In this document: piece after piece, positions 11,001-22,900 of the stretch
Layout: each line of letters opens with the position of its first letter
Position numbering within the stretch: the first letter of the stretch is position 1
Assembly: GCF_963676685.1 (NCBI RefSeq)
Contig: NC_092353.1
Span: forward strand, 60,078,001-60,142,000
DNA length: 64,000 bases
Direction: 5' to 3'
Origin: Mytilus edulis
Lineage: Eukaryota
Position numbers and translations under genes: made by a program
Notes under the pieces: model-generated
The model's database searches: none
What the model saw: only the letters and a program-made list of their open reading frames with translations
Told to the model about the DNA's origin: nothing

Positions 11001-14000
11001 CTTAATTTGGTATCAAAGTTTGCAAAATGTGAAATGCAAGATTATCGTTTTATTTCAGTTAATATATCGCAGAGAATTTTCCAACTTTATATTAAAATAT
11101 GAGTACTGCAATAACTAAAACTTTTAACCCAACTTCCAAATTTAAATTGTGAGGATTTGAATTACTTATTATATTCGTATCATACCTTCATATTGTGGGC
11201 ATGCTCATAGGTTGATATGGTTCCTGATCGTAGAAGGAATTTATCAATGCCAGACAGACCGACAACATTACCACAAGGTACGTCATGGATACCACCTGAG
11301 ACACCGAAACCCATCATAATCACGGTGCTGAAAAATAAAATAAAAATATATAAAAATAAATACTGTAGGTTGTTATCAGGGAACCAACTATTGCCCAAAA
11401 TTTCGTCCCGTTAATGGTTCCTTTTAAAGCTCACTTTACTCTTCGATATGGGTTTATTCAAATTGTTAACTTGCGACCGTATTCATCTGTTTTGTTAAAT
11501 AATGTTTCAATCTTCGTGCAAATAATAATTTGGAGAGTCACTTATTTGATTAAAGCCTGGTTTTGGAACATTGAACTCCGTTGTTTTACCTAGTGAGTAC
11601 CTAGTGAGTTTGATTGTCCATAAAAAAAAATTCAGGAAAAATCAAAAAAGACCTCATGACTGAGCAACTAGAACATCACACAAACCTGGTGTGAAATAAG
11701 ATTTATTTGCTCAACTAAAAAACTTAGCTCTGATGATTGAAGTAAATCTATCCAGACAGTGCTTCAAATTAGAAATCAAACTTGTGTTTCATTTGATTTG
11801 TAAAATTATAAAACCATTACCTTGGTATCTTCTTGACATACAGATCCCGTGTTGTGCCAGGTGTGTAGTCTGGGCCCATGATTCGTACCATTTGACCTGT
11901 ACTAACTGTGCCAGAGAAAACTCTACCAAAAGCATAAAAGCGTCCTTTGTTCAATGCTGGTACCATCTTCGAAATATACAACATCAAAGGTCCTTCGGGA
12001 TCACATGTTTTCATTGCTAAAATAGAATTTTGACATTGCCGTAAGAGAAGATGATTCAAAGCCCTTATAAGTTGTTTTTTTCTTTCTAAATAAAACAAAA
12101 GAGTTAACGTTGCAATGCCTCGGGTTGAGAACACAAAATAAAAACATCATTTATCTATTTTTAAATGCGATTTTGAATTATTATAGTATTACACTATCTG
12201 TTTTGAAATTGAGTACATATATGGTTGACCAAGAAACACTGTACCTACCTACTGCTGCTTCGTCGTCTTGTGGGCCTTCATATAACAATTCTGTTCGGTA
12301 CCTTTGGGCAGTTATTGGAGAAGGCAAATGAACTACGAACATTTCCAACAAAGCATCATCAACAGGCAGCCATTTCTTCATGACGGTTCTCATTAGGGTC
12401 TTGCCTTCGGTTTCTTTTTCCTCTGTTGATAATTTAACACCTATTTTGTCTACCAGTGTTAACAACTCCGCTTTATCCTGAGCTTTTGTCGAATGAAGAA
12501 CCTATAAATAAATACAAATATAAACGTATTGTCACGTTAAAGAAAAATGATGACATATTTTAAAATTTTTCAACAATGTACATTTAAATGAATTCGAAGA
12601 TGTTCAATGAAAATATGATCACCCTGTTGAGAATATAAATCAGGGCCAATTGGCTGAGTTCTCCAATATTACACATCTTTCATGCATGGTACATAATTAT
12701 AACTTAATAACTTCACTTGATAGTGTCCTGGTGTCCTCGAGTACAATTTAAACTTAGCGTCGAATCTAAGGAACTTTGATGTAGCAGATTCAGAAATTTT
12801 CATAAGGAGGCGCTAGGGGGTGGGGGTCCTTATTTATAGGAAGCCGCTCCAGTCATGCTTTTGGGATTCCCTGAAATAATCAACGAAATGTTTCAAACAA
12901 AAGATGGCCCGAGATCCCTGTTCCCTTAAATCCGCCTCTGCGTATTTCTGGTGTTTAAATTAATATTAAGAATAATAAATTCACACAGTTTTGCTTACCT
13001 TGTATAAAGGTTCCACAACAAACTTGTTAAAACCGCGGACACAATTTTCCTCTTGCGTTTTGTGCCATTTTTTCGTCTCTGGGTTGTAAAAATTATTTCC
13101 CCATAACTTCGCCAACATCTTGTCTTCACTGACACCAAACTTTTCAGCGTACATTTTTGCAAACCGTCGGAGGGTGAAACCCCAACGGTGCAAACCAGAT
13201 CCAAAAGCAACATTACATAGTGTTGGATCGACCTATAACAAGAATTAAACAATTTAAAAGACGAGTATAACACGGATTGATTGATTGATTGAGCAAAGTG
13301 ACTGTTTTTGACTGATTGATGTGACTTATTCATTAATACGAATCATTTTGTTTTTTTCATTATTAAAAAAAAGGTTATCAGAAAGAAAACAAAAACTTCT
13401 AAGACTCCAAGATGTCAAAAAACAACGCGCGCTTTTTCCCTTGTTTCAGTCATTTAAATTTATTTTAAATAAGTACATGTTTATGAATTATTATCATTAT
13501 TTACCATGATGTCTCCCATAGCGTCATCTGAGTATGTGGCCACCAAAACATTAAATCTCTCGACAACGCTCCTTAAACTTTGATAAAGTTCCTCTGGCTG
13601 CAACTGTGTTTCAAATACACATCTGTCTATCTTGTTAATCATCAAAACTGGTTTGATTCGCTCGCCTAAAGCTTGCCTCAACACTGTCTCCGTCTGCACA
13701 CAGACACCTAAAAGTACAAAATGTATTAAATGTTTGAATGTTGTTTACTTAACGTCCAGTGGCAAATGTTTCAAGTATTATTAAGGAACTCGTATATAAA
13801 ATTTTACGAAGTGACAAACAGATTTTCTAATAGACATGTTGGAAATGAATTCTGCGTTTATTCTTAACATTCAGTGTCTAATATCAGAGTTACAGTAAAA
13901 ACCACCAGTGACAACTATTAGAGGTAAGTAAACAGTACTTTATCGTTAAAATGTTACAATTTTTTGTAATAATAGGAAGTTAAATCAATTATCGGAGCAT

Positions 14001-15695
14001 ATTGTGAACTCACCACTAACACTGTCTACTACTACCAGTGCCCCGTCAGCTACTCTCAACGCCGCCGTCACTTCAGAGGAGAAATCCACGTGACCAGGAG
14101 AATCAATCAAATTGACGATGTATTCGTGAGACTCCTCCTTCTGGTGACTGGCGGGGAGGATCTTTGGATCGACTTCGTACAGTAAAGATACAGCACTGAA
14201 AATTGAAAAAAAGTTACCAGTTATTTATAAGAATAAATTGGTACAGAAATTCGGGGAGAGTGAAGGTGGAAATAACATTTCCAAAACGTTCAATTAACAA
14301 TAGGTTTATGATTGTTTTTGCATAAATGCTTTTTGCATTTCCCCTAGCTTCAAACCAATACATTTCAACATCTTTGACCTCTTTAAATTTAAGACTGATC
14401 CTTTTTCACAATCCCGAATCATCCCCCTCCCCCCTAAAAAAAAATGAAAAGAAAAGATATAAGAAATTATATTTATAAAAAAACAGCAACAACCAAACAC
14501 ACACATTTTGTAGAACATACGTTATTAATAACAATATAACATAATTCAGTATTCATTTTCAACCAGTGGCTGTGTCTGTTGATTTAGACAATCCCCCCTT
14601 TTTCGTCCGGTAAAAGTATTCTAATATGTTTTAAAATTGTAAAAAAACAAGACTCAACCATTTAACATGCATAGGCTTTTAGAATCCCGTAATAAAGATA
14701 GTGACTTATAGCTGTTACAGTAGCTATTTTGTTATTTTCGTAATTTTATATATATATCTTCAGTCTAAGAAAAAAAATATTTGCTAGACAGCTTTTTTTT
14801 CTTCGTCTCTCGATATATAAATATCAGGGGCGGATACAGACATTTTAAAAATAGGGTTCCCAGTCTAGGAAAAAAGTGGGTTCAAACCATTTATCCCCAT
14901 TCAAACGCATTGTTCGTTTAAAAAAAGGGGGTTCCAATCCCCAGACCCCCCTTTTGAATCCTCCACTGGGTATGTAAACTAACAACTTACGTCGATTTGA
15001 TTGTAATTCCCTTCTCCTGTTCATCTTTCCTGGTATCCATGGCACACTTGTCCCCTGCCTGGTGGGCTGCAATAAAGCCCGCTCGGGCAAGGAGGGAATC
15101 AGTGAGAGTGGTCTTGCCATGGTCAACATGGGCAATGACTGCCATGTTGCGGACATTGTTTGGGCAGTCCATGGCCCCTCTTAATTGTTCTATGGTGAAG
15201 TTTACCTGTAAAAGGGCGAAGTGTTGCATTTCAAGTATATATATTAAACTAATTTGACATTAACTTTTCAAATTTGCTTAATGTTAAAGTTCAAAATTTT
15301 AATATTAAAGTTAAAGGATATTTCCTATTCTGTAAATTTGAAATTGAGAAAGAATTTTCTGTAATGAAAGCTTCTTAGAAATTAATTTAAACGACTTACG
15401 GTATTATAGATTGAAATTAAAAATTGAAAAAAAAAAAAAAAAAAAGCAAAAACAAAATTGTTCCATCCTAAGTAAAGCCCGATATCCCTACCTTTTTCTG
15501 TTCTTGAGACCTACTTTCTTATATACTTCGTTATTTTCTTTATTGAATAAATCATTAACAATCAGTGTTGAAAAAATAAATGTATTTATCTTTGAAATCA
15601 TTAAACTGTTGTTTTTTAATTCAATTATTGCATCTTGAAATATTTATGCTATTGAAAAATCTATCATTCAATTTAAAAGTATATTCTCTTACCAT
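8016..15695 (-). CDS. EEF2: Eukaryotic translation elongation factor 2, divergent paralog (840 aa, 14 coding exons)
   Basis: Exons (minus): 15693-15695 (ATG only), 14991-15205, 14014-14195, 13505-13707, 12999-13232, 12249-12501, 11821-12016, 11186-11327, 10546-10770, 10151-10294, 9579-9788, 9011-9193, 8574-8706, 8016-8215. All introns are GT-AG with consistent phases; total 2523 nt, no internal stop. Motifs: [96 protein letters not shown]. Confidence 0.96.
14825..14968. mobile_element. Short hAT-like MITE in eEF2 intron 2
   Basis: Ends CAGGGGCGGATAC...GAATCCTCCACTG with G/C tracts; decayed relatives at ~12781-12940 and ~16355-16501. Confidence 0.55.
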
Positions 15696-15797
15696 TTTTC
15701 TTTTTTTCTATTCTCCTCTGAACTAGGCAACTAGGCCCTGTATGGGCTAAAATTTACTTTTCTCTCTTCAACGATAAGCTAAACGCTCACATTTCTA

Positions 15798-15833
15798 TAA
15801 TGACATAAACCCGCCAAACGGTAGCTATTTATA
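15798..15833 (-). promoter_or_regulatory. Core promoter of the eEF2 paralog: TATA box + Initiator
   Basis: Minus-strand TATAAATA at 15833-15826 and Inr-like TCATTA at 15803-15798 (A+1 at 15801). The 32-nt spacing is canonical, and the site is ~105 nt upstream of the ATG. Confidence 0.65.
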
Positions 15834-15919
15834 CCGTGTGTATTTCGCAATAAAATGAAATTGCACCATCAGTAGACATAGGTATTTCCCCAATTCAGAA
15901 ACTTAATTCATTCGAAATA

Positions 15920-15934
15920 CTTCTAGAATGTTCT
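15920..15934. promoter_or_regulatory. Perfect 3-unit heat-shock element (nTTCnnGAAnnTTCn)
   Basis: cTTCtaGAAtgTTCt, about 120 bp upstream of the predicted eEF2-paralog TSS. Nearby are a C/EBP-like ATTTCGCAAT (15842-15851) and a kB-like GGGGAAATACC (minus, 15881-15891). Confidence 0.55.
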
Positions 15935-16727
15935 TTCGTGGTAACGTAAATTATTTCGGAACGTATCTGTGGTTTACTTCAATTGACTCGTATCGTCTGC
16001 TTCTAAATTTAAAGAATGCGGCAATTATTGATTTCAAGTCTGTTTATTATTTTGTTGTATTCGTGAATTTAAAGTACAACGTAGTATCAATCCTTATGGG
16101 TGTTGTGTTAATGCAATAAATAGATGAAAATATGTAAACATTATATACGTACTAATCTAGTCGCTTTATAAAAATAAATATACATTGTACTTAAAATATA
16201 GGTATTTTTTGGTTCAGAGACACTCTGAGAGAGACAAGTTCTTGTGTCGTGTCTGCAAAATAACCTATGTATATTTTTATGAACTTCGCATTAGGGGTCG
16301 CTTGAAGATATAGAATATCGGTTACCTTAGTGGATAAATTAACTATGATATGGACCAATACAGCCATTTTAATAAGAGGGGTTCCCAACCCCGGATCAAA
16401 AAGGGAGGTCCAACTATATGCCCCATTTATGCATTTATCGTCTAAAAGGGGTTTACAACCCCGGACCCCCCCCCCCCCCCCCCCCACTCGGTCCGCCACT
16501 GTAGTACATTTCTTTTTCAAATAGACTGAAAGGTTTTTTCTTTAATTTTCAGCCTGTTACTTTTGTAAATGCCATTATGGTGTGTGAGACACGAACTCTC
16601 GTGTGTAATGTGCAGTCCAAAGCCAATATGTTGGTTTGTGAGTTTGAAATGAACACAATTTTTTCAGAGCATCCAGCTGTGAAATAGATTTGAATGTTCA
16701 GCAAAAAATATCACAGGCAAATATTTT

Positions 16728-17540
16728 AGACTCGGATCGACGTTCGACCTCTTATCGACGTCCGATCCTCAAATCGACGTCCAAATCGGATGTCACATTC
16801 ACAAATCGACGTCCAATATTTTGATACTCTAATCAGACGTCATCATCATGCATTGCTAAAATGGCGTCCGATTGATTGTAGTCTCCTTTAACCCGTACGT
16901 GTTCAATATCAAGATATCAGAATAAATTACTGGACTTAATTTACACTTATACATTTTTCTCCATTTGAATAATGCCTGCACCAAGTCAGGAATAAGTCAG
17001 ATGTTGTTCATTCGGTTGATGTGTTTTATCAGTTGATTTTGCCATTTGATTCGGAACTTTCCGTTTTGAAATTAATTTTTTTTCCTCGGAGTTCAGTATT
17101 TATTTTGTGATTTTAATTTTTATTATAATTGCTCACATCCACTTTATTTGAACTCTGGTGTATATTTTGTCGCATTGGAAATAATTCCACATCTCTTTAT
17201 TTTCATGTAAATTAAAAAATTGATATTACAACCTGTTTACATACTAATATCAGATAAATTTAAAAAAAACAAACATTTATTTTTAAATATTCGATCTTAA
17301 ATCACAAATATGTTTAAAGGTCTAAGGTTTCAGTTGCTATCGGTTCGGTTCAATTTTGTATTCTGTGTCCAAAACAGACGTCAAATAGAGAGGCTAAAAA
17401 GAGGACGTCGATTGAGAATGCCAAAATATGGACGTCGATTAGATAAGCCTAAAATTGGCCGTCGATTTGTAATGTTATTTTATTGTGACGTCAATTTGGG
17501 GAACGGACGTCGATTAGAGACTGGACGTCGATCTGAGTCT
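16728..17540. mobile_element. Degenerate TIR element with ~21-bp periodic ATCGACGTCC subterminal repeats; contains a SINE-like fragment (~16970-17200)
   Basis: AGACTCGGATCGACGT... at left is the inverse of ...ACGTCGATCTGAGTCT at right; no clear TSD. Confidence 0.65.
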
Positions 17541-18196
17541 TACATATATGTTATAGATTTAGTAAAATTGAATAGTCTTAACTAAAAAGAAAAATGTCTC
17601 TCTTTATCTCGTGCAAATTCGATTCGTACACAATGAAATATTTTAGAATACACTGATTAATTTTATGCACTTTGCAATAATTTGCAGTGCTTTAAATTCA
17701 CAGTTTTTAGTGAAATTATCTCCAAGTTATCAATTGTCCTCGGTGATTAACTCAGGGGTCTAAGTACATAAACTTTAGTTAACTCTGGGAACAGTATATC
17801 TGACATATATATGTTCCTGGTTAACTGTAATTGTTGAAGAATACAACAAATCACTTCTGAGAATTGTAATGATCTACCAGCTAGCTGATTGTCAAATAGT
17901 TTCAAGCTATTTGAAACGAAATGGACTTACACACAATTCTCTTGTCGGAAACTTCAGACATATTAAATCTGCTCAGACTATCGTTTTTAGTTCATGATTT
18001 GTATTTCAAAATTACTGTTAATTGGGCCAATACTGCAGAAAAACGGACCAAACTTGAAAAAAAGAATATAGAGAATAATGGTTTCTGTGTAATCATGATA
18101 ATCATTATATTTTATAATATGCATAACAAACAGAGAATACGATAATATAAAATAGTAGTTAAAATATATGTATCATTTATTTTGTATCATTACGGC

Positions 18197-18563
18197 CACA
18201 GGTATTTGGGGAATGGACCCCCCCTTTTTTTTTGACCTCACTAAAATAAAATTTTGGCGTTTTTTTTATTCATTTACAATTTTCTACAATGTATAAACAC
18301 ATATCAAGTCTCAACAATCCATTGCTAGTCGATTACAATAATTTTTTTACTATCCATACGAGCCCCAAGTGAAAAAAGCTTCTTTTTTCACTTGGGGCTC
18401 GTATGGATAGTAAAAAAAATATTGTAATCGACTAGCAATGGATTGTTGAGACTTGATATGTGTTTATACATTGTAGAAAATTGTAAATGAATAAAAAAAA
18501 CGCCAAAATTTTATTTTAGTGAGGTCAAAAAAAAAAGGGGGGTCCATTCCCCAAATACCTGTG
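18197..18563. mobile_element. Fully palindromic 367-bp foldback element with 8-bp TSD
   Basis: 182-bp arms (18197-18378 / 18382-18563), 3-nt loop, ~2 mismatches; ATTACGGC duplicated at 18189-18196 and 18564-18571. Confidence 0.92.
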
Positions 18564-19381
18564 ATTACGGCGATGATTTATGTTTTCGCTAATAATCGGT
18601 AATCTAGCTGAACCGGGATGAAACAAAACAAGGTAACTCAATTATGGTGCACATGTTGTGCCTTATATGGATGAAAGTACGTTGAAGTTTAACTTTTCAC
18701 TACTATTCATGATCCAAAATTCTTGAATTGAAAATGCAAGTTCTGACTGATGTTATCTAACGGAAAAGACCGAATGCACACGGACATCGATCGTGCAAAC
18801 TGGGTCATCAAGCCGGTAAACAGGATACACAGGTAAGCTGCAGTCATTTCAGGAGACAGATTGTCAGGTTCGTATGGAACATGTAGAGTATTTCTTATTT
18901 CTTTTGTGACACAATGTTCGCGATTTAAACACTTTAATAGTAGTCTGATCTTTTAGGCGAACTTGTCTTTTAAATGTCCTAAATTATGAACCAGGTCATG
19001 GCCATCATTTTTTTTATTGACTAATGTTTTGCGAAAGGACGAGATATTATTAAGATATTGTCACTTTCTCCTATTTCGAAGTTATGAAGCGTTGTAAAGT
19101 GGCAAATATTGAAAGATGACTTCTCAAGAAATGAATTAAATCTCGGAGTTTTTTTGTTCTTTAAAAAGGGGGGGGGGGGGGGGTGCATAAAAAAGGAGTG
19201 GATCACTGATCATCACTCAGTATGTAAAAATGTACATGTCATGAGCAAAATTTATAAAGAATAGAGAAAAAAGGCTCAAAACCCCAACGTGTCATGTACA
19301 AATTGAAGGACCCCCCCCCTCTCCTTTAAAAAAAATTCCAGATCATCATGAGATGATCATAATATTTTATAAACCATTTAT

Positions 19382-19601
19382 GAGGGTCTGGATGGGGGGT
19401 GGTCTGTTATTCTGTAAACATTTAATTTTCACCCCTTTTTTCTCTAATATGCTAATCTTCAAAAAATTAACCCCTTTTTTCTCTAATCTTCAAAAAATTA
19501 GACCATGCATTTCTCTAATCTTCATTTTTTTGCCCGTTATTCTCTAACCTTCATTTTTTAAGGGCATTATTCTTTAATCATTTAACCCCATCCAAACCCT
19601 C
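19382..19601. mobile_element. GAGGG...CCCTC MITE with 6-bp TSD
   Basis: TIR GAGGGT(C/T)TGGATGGGG; ATTTAT duplicated on both sides; internal TTCTCTAATCTT repeats. Confidence 0.8.
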
Positions 19602-19947
19602 ATTTATCATGTTTATAAATGGAACTGATTTTTTTCTTCAAAGAAGCATGTTAATAACCTGAATGTTAAACTAACGTGAAAGGAGGTTTGAAGGGGACAA
19701 AGTTGGCAATGACCCCACCCCCTAAAAAATCTCCAAAACTTTTCAAAAATACTTTTTGGCATGAAAAAAATAAAGTGGAAACTGACTTACTTCCTTGCTC
19801 CATCTACATGATCTAGTTGTATCCTTCACTACTTGTACTAGGATATAAAAATATTTCTATGTAATAATCTGGACATAGCTTACAGCAAATAATTCATGTT
19901 CTATACATGTATATCTTTACATTTTAGATACACAATAACTATCAAAG

Positions 19948-22900
19948 ATGCCAACACTAGTATACTTTCCAGTTAGAGGTAGGTATATATAATTATTTAA
20001 CTATGGTTTCCTTTTTTAATATTAAGGTTATTAAAATAACAATTGATTTTCTCATTCCAGTGTATGTTCATTTCTTTTTGTTGTTTTTTTAAGCCTTAAA
20101 TCCACTCAAATTAATGTTTTGTTTTTGTTTTATGATATTCTACATGTACACTCAAATGTTTTTTTTCTGAATTATTTTAGGTATCTTCTATAATAGGAAT
20201 ACTTTCAATTCTTTTAATTTTATACATGTAACTACTTCATTAATTGATTTCTGCTTTCTTTTCCTTCTTACTCAAAACATTTTTATGCAAAATTGATGGT
20301 TAAGATTGTAGTTCTCAGGTAATATTGATAATTTGATCTACAATATCATTTATCAAGCTTTAATATTTTGTTATTCAGGCCGAGCTGAAGCTATGCGCAC
20401 ATTGTTGACTGATCAAAACATAACATATGAAGAAGTAAATGCAGGACCCAGAGAAAATTGGGTAGAAAACTGGAAACCAAAGATGGTAAGCATAAAAAAA
20501 TGACATTTGACTTTTTAAAATCTGTTTTTGTACATGCTGTATAAACAAATTAAAGGAACACAATTTGTTTAATTTTTTTTTCTTCAATCATAAAACTCTA
20601 CACATTAAACTGAACAATGAGCAACCAAAACCCCAACAAAAAACTAGAGATGAATATGCTTGATTTAAATCTTTCTGTCCAAGTGTTCGCTTATAGAATA
20701 CATTATACATTTCGTTATTTGTGCATTTGATTGACATACAAATCTACAACAGTACAAATGTATGTTTAGCATAGATCCCAATAGGGGCAATATGCATATC
20801 TTAGCTTAAATAATTCTGTATATTAAAAAAAACCTCATAAAAGATACCAGGCTTATGATTATGTACACCAGACACATGTTTGGTCTACAAAAAACTCAAA
20901 TTCATATTCAAATTATTTATTCAAGAAAACTCACAAAGAGCATAAAATGAACAATATAAATGCATATGTACATAAATATTGAGAAAGAGTTATAGCTGAC
21001 AAAGAGATCTAATACACACATAAAAAAAAAGGAAATATTATATTATATGGTATGATAAATATCAAGGGAGACAACCCTGTTCATAATCTTACTAAACAAT
21101 ACATTGTAGTTCTAATTGGCTTTAAAAACCTTTGAACATGGAAGCTTGAGCACTCTGTATTTTGTCAAATGACATTTCTTTAAACATGTTAAAAAGAAGA
21201 CAAAAATAGAGATTTTTTTCCTTTAAAGTAGGACATTTCATCTCTCTATCATATGATTGGTCTTGATAATTACTTGAGTAATCCAGTTTAAAAAAAGATC
21301 ATTTTAGTTGACATCTTAACCATGCTTAAGATTATACAATCTGCAAATAAAAGCCCAATAAAGCATGTTAAGTGTCAGATTTCAATTTATGGTTGGTAAA
21401 TGAGGGCCCTCATGGGGTTTTTGATTATGTGATTACTTGGCCGTTTTTTTAATGATTATTTGATTATTAAGCCAAATATTTCATGATTATTTGATTACCT
21501 AGGACTGTATTTTTAGTTTATGATTATTTGATTACTAAAGATAAGCAAATATTTAATGATTATGTGATTATATTGGCAAAAAAATGGTGATTATGTGATT
21601 ACTAGGACACCCCCCCCCCCCCCCCCCCCCCCACCCCCCCATGAGGGGCCTCGTAAATCAAATCAAACAAACAAGATTGACCTTTGAAACAAACTCTGCA
21701 AGAATAGATTTGATTACCCTGCTGTTTGAGAGTCATTTAATAATTCAGGATGTATCTGATTTCAGCAATTTGGCCAGTGTCCATGTTACACAGATGATGA
21801 CGGTTTCCAACTGGTGCAGTCTAATGCAATACTGGCATATCTTGGCAGAAAATATGGTAAACTTATAATTATCTACATGTTTTGATGCCTGCAAATAGTA
21901 GAAGAGACGGGGCATTAAGGTTTTTATGCTCCATCTGAACAATATTAAAGAGGGCATACTGTTTTTGTTTCTAACCATAGCTGTAGTGGAGGGGCATTAT
22001 GCCCCACCTAAATGAGTAGAGAGACAATTTATTTTCTTTCTGGTCAATCTTTCATGTACATTTTGTATCGTGTTAAAGTTCTTGGTTATTGTAGTTTACA
22101 ATGAAATTGTGGTCGATTGACTGGAAATGACTGGATCAACTTGAAAACAAAATCACCTTTATATTTTTATTCGAACTGTTTATTTATTAGGTGGTTCTGT
22201 TGTAATTCACTCTTGCTGGTGTTAAAATAAATCAGAGTTAAACAGGGTGCATGAATGCAAGTAATTTTAAGTATGAATGTTCTGATTTATGACCTGTAAA
22301 ATCACCAAATGAATATATCCCTACATGTCCTTTTATTGAATTTGAAATACTAATGATATTTTTCATTTTCAGATCTTTATGGGTCAGACATTAAACAGGC
22401 ATCAATATTAGACATGATGAATTCTGCTGTAGAAGATCTCAGAGGAGCTTACGTTAGAATGATTTATCAAAACTATGTAAGTAAATCCTATCAATAAAAG
22501 GAGATGTGTGTTCATCTTCACTACCAAAAAGGGGAAAGTACATGAAAAATACTACACTTGAAAAATAATTGGATAAAAGAATTTTTTTTTTATAAAAACA
22601 AAACCAATATCCTACATTCTCTTGTTTTTACCATGTCAAACAAGATGTGGAAAGCAGATTTGACATGACTTGATGGAGTTGAATGCAAAATACATATAGC
22701 ATAATAAATGAGAACAGACTTCAAGTGGTTCATCAAAGAACAGTTGGATTCATATGATCAGAGAAAAAAATCAGTTTGACCAAACAATTATTGGTTCATG
22801 GTAGATGTGCTGTTCTAGAGTTAAGTACAAAATGTATATTATTTGCGTGTAATATACATAAATGTATATTGTAGGAAGCAGGAAAAGAGCCATTCATTAA

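Noticed and set aside
8216-15692. Intronic snoRNA in eEF2 introns (vertebrate EEF2 hosts one)
   Set aside because: No convincing sense-strand C/D box pair with a terminal stem was seen by eye; a covariance-model search would be needed to exclude it.
8016-15695. EFL1/Ria1 or Snu114 rather than eEF2 (EFL1 also has Met at the Thr56 position)
   Set aside because: Length 840 aa, MVNFT start, [15 protein letters not shown] and FLDKI end are eEF2-specific; there is no EFL1 insertion or Snu114 N-terminal extension.
18781-18832. Non-coding first exon of the GST (ACAG/GTAAGC donor)
   Set aside because: Plausible because an acceptor precedes the ATG exon at 19927, but it cannot be fixed without transcript data.
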